Shown: positions 60,301 through 64,000 of the stretch, piece after piece
Position numbering within the stretch: the stretch's first letter is position 1
How the letters are laid out: every line of letters begins with the position of its first letter
Assembly (NCBI GenBank): GCA_030265395.1
Contig: JARFYF010000051.1
Span: 29,766,835-29,830,834 of the forward strand
DNA: 64,000 bases
Reading direction: 5' to 3'
DNA from: Rhina ancylostomus
Taxonomy: Eukaryota
The notes under the pieces: generated by a model
The model's input: the letters and a program-made list of their open reading frames with translations, nothing else
The model's database searches: none
What the model was told of the DNA's origin: nothing
Program-made: the position numbers and the translations under genes

Positions 60301-61879
60301 AGTTGAATGCTCATATATCTTGTAATGAGAGACGTATATACTTACGAGTTCCTTCGTCTGCTGTGCTTGAAACTTCCCTTGTAAATCTAAAGGTTTGTGT
60401 GATTGCCGATCCATCCAGATCTAGCAGGAAAATATGTTAAAATTAAATCTGGTTCATACAAAACAAGAGAGTGCAGAAGTTTTTGCCTTCTTGACCAATT
60501 ATTATTCCCTTTCATTTAGTACCCATCTCGCTTGTAGTAATTGTGGCTATAAAGTTCAGTCTCTAATATTTTAATTTTATACAGAATTATCTGTCAGCTA
60601 ACAAAGTGGCATTTACATGGGGAGTATATCATATCAGTATAATTATTAGTTATATTAAGTTTTCATTTAAACTAAACATTTTATGTTGGAGCAATTGACG
60701 CCATTGGATATGAATCGAAGTCCTTGAGTTACTATTTTCTATGCTTCATGCAAAATATTCTTACTTGCTATTGTTGCTAAATATCTTAATGTTTTGCTTT
60801 AACATCTTACATATCTCATGGAAAAGGAAATGTATTACTCTATTTCTTTAGACTGAAATAAATGTGTCAATCATTCTGATACAGAAAAACACAGAGTGGA
60901 CAACCGACCCATTCTAAAATATGAATGGACAACTACCTGTATTTGTAGTATTCAATGACCTGATTAACTGGATATCTATTTAGTTTAAAGTAACAACCAA
61001 AGAAAATATTCCTCTCTTTCATAATAATGTTTCTTCTTAAATATGAACTGGACAAAATCATCCTGATCAATCTCATTCCTATGTATGGGGTATGAAAGAA
61101 GAGGCAAAATCTTGGCTTTAATTTTTCTGAATCATGCAGCTTTTGTACAGATATGGTGTCATGTACCAGATGCATGCTTTGCTTGTGAGACTTAAACCTA
61201 TCAGTGATTTAAGTGCAGGTTCATTGCAGTCTTGGCTGGAGATGTTGTTTGCAGCTTTTAATTTGATATTAGTGACATGGAAGAGACTGGAATACTGTTA
61301 TAGTACTCAAAGACAAGCCTTAAATCACAGTGACTTTGAGGATGTACTTACTCTCTGCTTGGAAATTATTTACTTCAGCCAATAATCTATTGTTATATTT
61401 TCTGGAAGCCACATCACATAAATTTGTAGCAATCCTCAACGGTCAGCTTATTGCAATTTTTGGGTGAATTTTTGTCCATTATTCAACTCATACATGGTGG
61501 GTTAGGTGTTATCTGTATGGAGTTTTGGAGTCAAATATGCCCATAGATGTGGAAAAATTAGTTCACTAGTTTCAATGACTGACCAAGACATTGGGTGGAA
61601 AGGATTGGGATGGAGTGGCAGAAAATATTGGAAATATTCGGTTGACAATGCACAAAGAGAAAACAAAGATCTCACCAGAAGACCTAAGATGGTCGATACA
61701 CCTGCTTTTCATTATGCACAATGAATAAACAGACATGATTTTCAATCTCCCAAACATGAAGTTCTCATGGGACATTGGCCCCATGGATATAATATTTTAC
61801 TTAAGCATTCTAAATGCTAACTTACCATAGCTGTTCGAAGAATAATCACGTTTTACTCGATTGTAGGCAAAAACATCCT
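6216..61879 (-). CDS. MUC19: Multi-exon gel-forming mucin, mucin-19-like (D1-D2-D'D3-PTS-CysD-D4-VWC-CTCK); 54 coding exons mapped, 5' exon missing
   Basis: Chain of GT-AG exons with matching phases encoding VWD/C8/TIL, T/S/P-rich, CysD, VWC and cystine-knot motifs. MUC19-type motifs recalled from family knowledge: [46 protein letters not shown]. Mucin identity is near certain; orthology is less so. Confidence 0.8.
7039..7144 (-). CDS. mucin exon: CTCK first half
   Basis: EACKVQP...[19 protein letters not shown]; phase 1-2. Confidence 0.92.
8108..8159 (-). CDS. mucin exon: VWC end
   Basis: [17 protein letters not shown]; phase 0-1. Confidence 0.88.
9570..9895 (+). mobile_element. Rex1/Babar-like LINE 3' end
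   Basis: [11 protein letters not shown]...[18 protein letters not shown], then tail gtgacaataataaaccaatacca. Confidence 0.7.
10150..10260 (-). CDS. mucin exon: VWC
   Basis: [20 protein letters not shown]...[11 protein letters not shown]; phase 0-0. Confidence 0.88.
11258..12235 (-). mobile_element. CR1 LINE 3' portion (gapped)
   Basis: [30 protein letters not shown]. Confidence 0.85.
12750..12840 (-). mobile_element. LINE 3'-tail remnant
   Basis: ttcattgtcatatgcaca...tgcaatgaaa..cttacttgcagcagca tail-like sequence. Confidence 0.4.
13440..13780 (+). mobile_element. RTE-type AP-endonuclease remnant
   Basis: [11 protein letters not shown]...[14 protein letters not shown]. Confidence 0.45.
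14354..14385 (-). CDS. mucin micro-exon: VWC start
   Basis: [10 protein letters not shown]; ttctatag|...|gtgagt; phase 1-0. Confidence 0.85.
14505..14611 (-). CDS. mucin exon: TIL-4
   Basis: [26 protein letters not shown]; phase 2-1. Confidence 0.92.
14770..14843 (-). CDS. mucin exon: TIL-4 start (10 N inside)
   Basis: [20 protein letters not shown]. Frame is off by one across the N run, so the gap size is probably inexact. Confidence 0.82.
16037..16215 (-). CDS. mucin exon: C8-4
   Basis: FKTC...[11 protein letters not shown]...[11 protein letters not shown]...[12 protein letters not shown]; phase 2-1. Confidence 0.93.
16470..16690 (+). mobile_element. Degenerate tRNA-derived DeuSINE-like element
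   Basis: ttgcctcaaagtcaaaagg...gctcaagtc...tactgaagaatactg resembles shark SINE consensus, from memory. Confidence 0.35.
17502..17715 (-). CDS. mucin exon: VWD4 end/C8-4 start
   Basis: [10 protein letters not shown]...AYEWKV...VCDAILG; phase 1-2. Confidence 0.9.
18776..18959 (-). CDS. mucin exon: VWD4
   Basis: [12 protein letters not shown]...[18 protein letters not shown]; phase 0-1. Confidence 0.92.
19975..21330 (+). mobile_element. Degenerate CR1 LINE RT and 3' end, interrupted by an insert at about 20914-21102
   Basis: [25 protein letters not shown]; CR1 resumes at about 21108 (atcatgactggttt). Confidence 0.85.
20914..21102 (+). mobile_element. R2-like (RLE-clade) retrotransposon fragment, CCHC zinc knuckle
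   Basis: [55 protein letters not shown]. Confidence 0.65.
21859..22091 (-). CDS. mucin exon: VWD4 start
   Basis: [32 protein letters not shown]; phase 1-0. Confidence 0.93.
22197..22368 (-). CDS. mucin exon: pre-D4 Cys-rich module
   Basis: [14 protein letters not shown]...PQC...[10 protein letters not shown]; phase 0-1. Confidence 0.9.
23496..23869 (-). CDS. mucin exon: CysD domain + short PTS + start of C-terminal Cys-rich region
   Basis: [11 protein letters not shown]...DTE...LC...IQC...[11 protein letters not shown]...[10 protein letters not shown] (WxxW CysD pattern); phase 1-0. Confidence 0.93.
24354..25488 (-). mobile_element. CR1 LINE 3' portion
   Basis: [28 protein letters not shown]. 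Confidence 0.85.
25732..25791 (-). CDS. PTS micro-exon, A-like (60 nt)
   Basis: [20 protein letters not shown]; ttactag|...|gtgagt. Confidence 0.82.
26268..26318 (-). pseudogene. PTS 51-nt exon copy with broken donor (GT>AT)
   Basis: [17 protein letters not shown] then ACAG|atgact instead of |gtgagt. Confidence 0.65.
26620..26679 (-). CDS. PTS micro-exon type A (60 nt)
   Basis: [20 protein letters not shown]; |gtgagt. Confidence 0.82.
27454..27495 (-). CDS. PTS micro-exon type C (42 nt)
   Basis: [14 protein letters not shown]; aataacag|...|gtgagt. A further partial C exon starts at 27634 and runs into the N gap. Confidence 0.7.
27935..27988 (-). CDS. PTS micro-exon type D (54 nt)
   Basis: [18 protein letters not shown]; tctccag|...|gtaagt. 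Confidence 0.85.
28738..28788 (-). CDS. PTS micro-exon type B (51 nt)
   Basis: [17 protein letters not shown]. Confidence 0.8.
29114..29173 (-). CDS. PTS micro-exon type A (60 nt)
   Basis: [20 protein letters not shown]. Confidence 0.8.
29952..29993 (-). CDS. PTS micro-exon type C (42 nt)
   Basis: [14 protein letters not shown]; aataacag|...|gtgagt. Confidence 0.7.
30293..30343 (-). pseudogene. PTS type B exon copy with broken acceptor (AG>CG)
   Basis: ccattCG|aaacaacacc versus cattAG|aaacaacacc in paralogous copies. Confidence 0.65.
30651..30710 (-). CDS. PTS micro-exon type A (60 nt)
   Basis: [20 protein letters not shown]; |gtcagt donor. Confidence 0.8.
31384..31434 (-). CDS. PTS micro-exon type B (51 nt; donor lies in N gap)
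   Basis: Same sequence as 32822-32872. Confidence 0.7.
31761..31820 (-). CDS. PTS micro-exon type A (60 nt)
   Basis: [20 protein letters not shown]; ttcaccag|...|gtgagt. Confidence 0.85.
32822..32872 (-). CDS. PTS micro-exon type B (51 nt)
   Basis: [17 protein letters not shown]; cattag|...|gtcagt. Confidence 0.8.
34894..34947 (-). CDS. PTS micro-exon type D (54 nt)
   Basis: [18 protein letters not shown]; ctttcag|...|gtgagt. Confidence 0.85.
36390..36470 (-). CDS. PTS exon (81 nt)
   Basis: [26 protein letters not shown]; phase 1-1. Confidence 0.85.
36923..36954 (-). CDS. mucin micro-exon: E-3 end
   Basis: (C)[10 protein letters not shown]; ttacag|...|gtaagt; phase 2-1. Confidence 0.85.
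37689..37830 (-). CDS. mucin exon: TIL-3/E-3
   Basis: [32 protein letters not shown]...DCEE; phase 1-2. Confidence 0.93.
38120..39300 (-). mobile_element. CR1 LINE remnant
   Basis: Homologous to 24354-25488; ttccaagtttgctgatg (KFAD) on the minus strand. Confidence 0.8.
39476..39601 (-). CDS. mucin exon: TIL-3
   Basis: [20 protein letters not shown]...AVLE; phase 1-1; weak donor gtgttg. Confidence 0.9.
40300..40595 (-). mobile_element. V-SINE (HE1-like)
   Basis: ggtcacagggagaacatgcaaactccacacagac V-domain reverse complement plus tRNA-like head. Confidence 0.75.
40800..40956 (-). CDS. mucin exon: C8-3
   Basis: [37 protein letters not shown]...WRTPELC; phase 0-1. Confidence 0.95.
41036..41275 (-). 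CDS. mucin exon: VWD3 end/C8-3
   Basis: [17 protein letters not shown]...EFGNSWK...WAQKRC...FQACHKR; phase 0-0. Confidence 0.95.
42275..42718 (+). mobile_element. 5'-truncated CR1 3' end
   Basis: [31 protein letters not shown]; tail gggcctgttcctgtgctgtattgttctatg. Confidence 0.9.
43410..43598 (-). CDS. mucin exon: VWD3
   Basis: ...[37 protein letters not shown]; phase 0-0. Confidence 0.93.
43723..43827 (-). CDS. mucin exon: VWD3
   Basis: [35 protein letters not shown]; phase 0-0. Confidence 0.93.
45219..45357 (-). CDS. mucin exon: E'/VWD3 start
   Basis: [46 protein letters not shown]; phase 2-0. Confidence 0.95.
45453..45601 (-). CDS. mucin exon: TIL'/E'
   Basis: [30 protein letters not shown]...IKIDCNK; phase 0-2. 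Confidence 0.93.
45933..46012 (-). CDS. mucin exon: TIL'
   Basis: [26 protein letters not shown]; phase 1-0. Confidence 0.88.
46085..46170 (-). mobile_element. LINE 3' tail, same family as 9570-9895
   Basis: ggtattggtttattattgtca is the reverse complement of the tail at about 9862-9882. Confidence 0.6.
46191..46249 (-). CDS. mucin exon: E-2 end
   Basis: [19 protein letters not shown]; phase 2-1, bridges the phases of its neighbours. Confidence 0.85.
46332..46578 (-). CDS. mucin exon: TIL-2/E-2
   Basis: [20 protein letters not shown]...GCGCPEG...CPCYVNG; phase 1-2. Confidence 0.93.
48040..48215 (+). mobile_element. CR1 3' UTR remnant
   Basis: ttgaatggcagag...gaatggtctgctcctgttct. Confidence 0.45.
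48256..48382 (-). CDS. mucin exon: C8-2
   Basis: [42 protein letters not shown]; phase 0-1. Confidence 0.93.
49150..49900. repeat. Degenerate purine-rich minisatellite
   Basis: Recurring gggagcagcatcaggagagg-like unit of about 25-28 bp. Confidence 0.75.
50264..50358 (-). CDS. mucin exon: C8-2 start
   Basis: [31 protein letters not shown]; phase 1-0. Confidence 0.92.
52239..52394 (-). CDS. mucin exon: VWD2 end
   Basis: [22 protein letters not shown]...FSDSWK...PTCVSSEN; phase 1-1. Confidence 0.93.
53471..53608 (-). CDS. mucin exon: VWD2
   Basis: [45 protein letters not shown]; phase 1-1. Confidence 0.9.
53696..53768 (-). CDS. mucin exon: VWD2
   Basis: [24 protein letters not shown]; phase 0-1. 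Confidence 0.8.
53847..53939 (-). CDS. mucin exon: VWD2
   Basis: [31 protein letters not shown]; phase 0-0. Confidence 0.85.
54074..54212 (-). CDS. mucin exon: E-1/VWD2 start
   Basis: [46 protein letters not shown]; phase 2-0. Confidence 0.92.
54307..54427 (-). CDS. mucin exon: TIL-1/E-1
   Basis: [40 protein letters not shown]; phase 1-2. Confidence 0.92.
54990..55115 (-). CDS. mucin exon: TIL-1
   Basis: [40 protein letters not shown]; phase 1-1. Confidence 0.93.
55289..55490 (-). CDS. mucin exon: C8-1 (internal N gap 55344-55396)
   Basis: [12 protein letters not shown]...[11 protein letters not shown]...WRDTVHC; phase 0-1. Confidence 0.88.
55865..56100 (-). mobile_element. CR1 3' end remnant
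   Basis: catagaatgatagaa tail; ccaaatgccttttaaa; tgtgtgaaaaactt. Confidence 0.6.
56330..57170 (+). mobile_element. CR1 endonuclease/linker remnant
   Basis: [37 protein letters not shown]. Confidence 0.75.
57269..57360 (-). CDS. mucin exon: D1 linker
   Basis: [30 protein letters not shown]; phase 1-0, gtaag donor. Confidence 0.8.
57501..57579 (-). CDS. mucin exon: VWD1 CGLCG motif
   Basis: [26 protein letters not shown]; phase 0-1. Confidence 0.9.
57620..58500 (-). mobile_element. CR1 remnant
   Basis: [17 protein letters not shown]; 3' UTR aggccccttgagcctgc. Confidence 0.7.
58780..59220 (-). mobile_element. CR1 remnant
   Basis: [31 protein letters not shown]. Confidence 0.8.
59398..59515 (-). 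CDS. mucin exon: VWD1
   Basis: [39 protein letters not shown]; phase 2-0. Confidence 0.9.
59972..60200 (-). CDS. mucin exon: VWD1 start
   Basis: [32 protein letters not shown]; ttcag|...|gtaag; phase 1-2. Confidence 0.92.
60346..60420 (-). CDS. mucin exon: N-terminal segment [24 protein letters not shown]
   Basis: ttcctgctag| and C|gtaag, 75 nt, phase 1-1; joins the next exon to give HTCSIWG. Confidence 0.7.
61826..61879 (-). CDS. mucin exon: N-terminal segment [17 protein letters not shown]
   Basis: tgcag| acceptor, G|gtaag donor, 54 nt, phase 1-1, open frame. Confidence 0.6.
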
Positions 61880-62999
61880 CTGCATTAAACAATAATCAGT
61901 TTTAGTCAATTGTTATAGGATATTTAAAGTTTATTATTTATTTAGCACCTAATCGAGGTTACATTTTTGATATCCTCTAGAATATTACAAAGCTTCTGAT
62001 GGTGCAGTCGATAAATAATATGAAACAATATTTGCTGCAATAAAAATAAAGTAAAAGTCAAAAAAATGTACAAATTAAGAAATTCTTCCAACCATGCTTT
62101 TTGCAGTTTCATATCCTTGTATAACTACCAACCAAAAGTGCCCGCTATATCTCTGGCAGCCCTTTATGACAGCAAGGAATACATTGTGAACAAGTTAATT
62201 GTAACATAACAATGAATTAATCAAGAGTTATAATATTACAAATAGTGAACATTAATATATTGATATAATAATGAAATATAATAATATAATAATGAAATAT
62301 AAGCTAAGTTGGTTTCAATAATTTCTTTAAGACATTAATCTCTGAAATGTATTACAAATTAATTTCCTCATTCTGTGTCATGAATGTGTGAACCCCAAGG
62401 ACTGGGGTTTTCTTGTTAAGGTTTCAATCAGGGTAAATGTTCTTTTGATTTAGAAAATACTGATGATGGAACGAATGCATAACTAAGTCTGATCTCTCCA
62501 CCCCATTTTGCAATACAATCTGCAAATCTGTAACAGTTTAGGTACAAAGACATTCATACCAGCATTATTTCAGTAATTTTGTCCAATTTGGTTTGAAAAT
62601 TATCAATGAATTTAAGGTACTGACAATCTATAGCATGCAGATAATAAACAGTAATTCATTGTGTGGATGATCAACCAGATATTGCTGGGTAATTTCCTCG
62701 ACATTGTTAAAAGCCATCCAGATTCCCTTTCAATCTCCCTGGGGAAAATCAAGAAATTACTGAGTTTACATTGTAACCACAGATTATGTAGGGTTGATAA
62801 TTCCTGCTACAAAGATCCTGCCAATGTGCTATTTAATGATCCAGATGTAAAACTCAATGCCCAGAAAAAATTGGCTATTCAAACATGGAGTTCCACTTTG
62901 CTCCGAGTGAGTTGTTCCTCAATCTTTTCTATAAATTCTAAATGTCAGTTTTTCCTTACTTTCTGTATCTGTTTTCTTTCTCCTAATCCTTGTCAAAAA

Positions 63000-63840
63000 A
63001 GTAAAAAAGCAGAACTAGGGAACTCTAGGCCAGTTGGTTTAACAGATATAATTGCAAGACATCACAGTCAATAGTCAAGGAGGAAATTGCTGATCATTTT
63101 GGAAAGCTGAATATAATTAAACCAACTCAACATGATTTTATAAAATGCAAATCATGTTTGACAAATTTGCTCAAATTCTTTGAGAATGTAACAGGGAGAG
63201 TTGATGGAGGGGAACCTGTAGTTGCAGTCTATTTAGATTTCCAAAAGGCATTTGACAAGGTATCTCATAGGATGCTGGTGCATATATTAGAAGCTCATGG
63301 CATTGGAGGAAATGTGTTAGAATGGATTAAAAACTGGCTGTTGCAGAAAACAGAGAGGTGGAATAGATGGGTCCTTTTCAGACTGGAAGGAGGTAACAGG
63401 ATCAGTTCTTGGCCTGCAATTTTTCACTTTTTAATGACCTGGAGGAAGGAACAATATGTAAGGTTTTCAGATATGCTGATGATATGAAAACAGGTGGAAG
63501 GACATGTTCTGGTAAGGATACTGTGATACTGCAACAGGATTTAGGTGGATTGAATGAGTCGGCAAAAGACTGACAAATGGATTTTTGTGTGAGGTCATGT
63601 ACTTCTGTAAGAGAAATCAAAAGGCAAATTACTGTCTAAGTGCAGAAAGACAGAAAGAAGCTGGATCATTAGAAATATTTAGAGGTGGGGAAATATTTGA
63701 TTGATTGAGGAATAGAGGGGTATGGGAGAAGTGGCACAGAAGAGGAATTGTGGCCAGCATCGATGAACCATGTTCATATTAAATGGTAGGGTGGGCTTAA
63801 AGGGCCTGATAATCTACTCCTGCTCCTATTTTCTTGTGTT
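63000..63840 (+). mobile_element. CR1 RT remnant with 3' UTR
   Basis: NSRPVGLT, LTNLLKFFENVT, VYLDFQKAFDKVSH. Confidence 0.88.
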
Positions 63841-64000
63841 CTTTTGTCCTTCTCTCCTTCTCTCCCTGTCTTCATTCCTTGTTCTGCAAATATGATGAAT
63901 AAATTTGCACCTGGCCCAATAAGCTCATTGCATCACTATCAATTCCCACAAAAACTCAAATTGAAGGTGCATTTGAGCACATGTGAAAGTATTACAGAAC

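Noticed and set aside
60765-60776. 12-nt AG..GTAAG micro-exon candidate
   Set aside because: No polypyrimidine tract and not needed for frame.
61942-62112. Minus-strand ATG ORF MKLQKAWLEEFLNLYIFLTFTLFLL... as a signal-peptide exon
   Set aside because: The phase-1 donor T|gtaata would create TAG with the next exon. The hydrophobic stretch is explained by T-rich DNA.

Overview
AT-rich vertebrate DNA with many N gaps. The repeat content (CR1, RTE, Rex1-like, Penelope, V-SINE) suggests a cartilaginous fish; this is inference. Almost the whole window (6216-61879, minus strand) is one multi-exon secreted gel-forming mucin gene. I mapped 54 GT-AG coding exons by hand (about 2,100 codons). All splice phases are consistent except across one 10-N gap inside an exon. 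Domain order: short N-terminal segment with RVKR; D1, D2 and D'D3 assemblies (VWD-C8-TIL-E); a PTS region made of 42-81 nt phase-1/1 micro-exons in a tandem-duplicated array; CysD; D4; one VWC; 11-Cys CTCK; stop; AATAAA. The D1-D3 motifs, recognised from memory, are MUC19-type ([30 protein letters not shown]), yet the gene also has CysD and D4, which mammalian MUC19 lacks. I could not find the signal-peptide exon. Highlights: the mixed MUC19/MUC2-5 architecture; an exon-cassette PTS array showing exon gain, loss and acceptor sliding; GDPH changed to GKRH with two missing cysteines in D4; and an R2-like retrotransposon fragment nested in a CR1.
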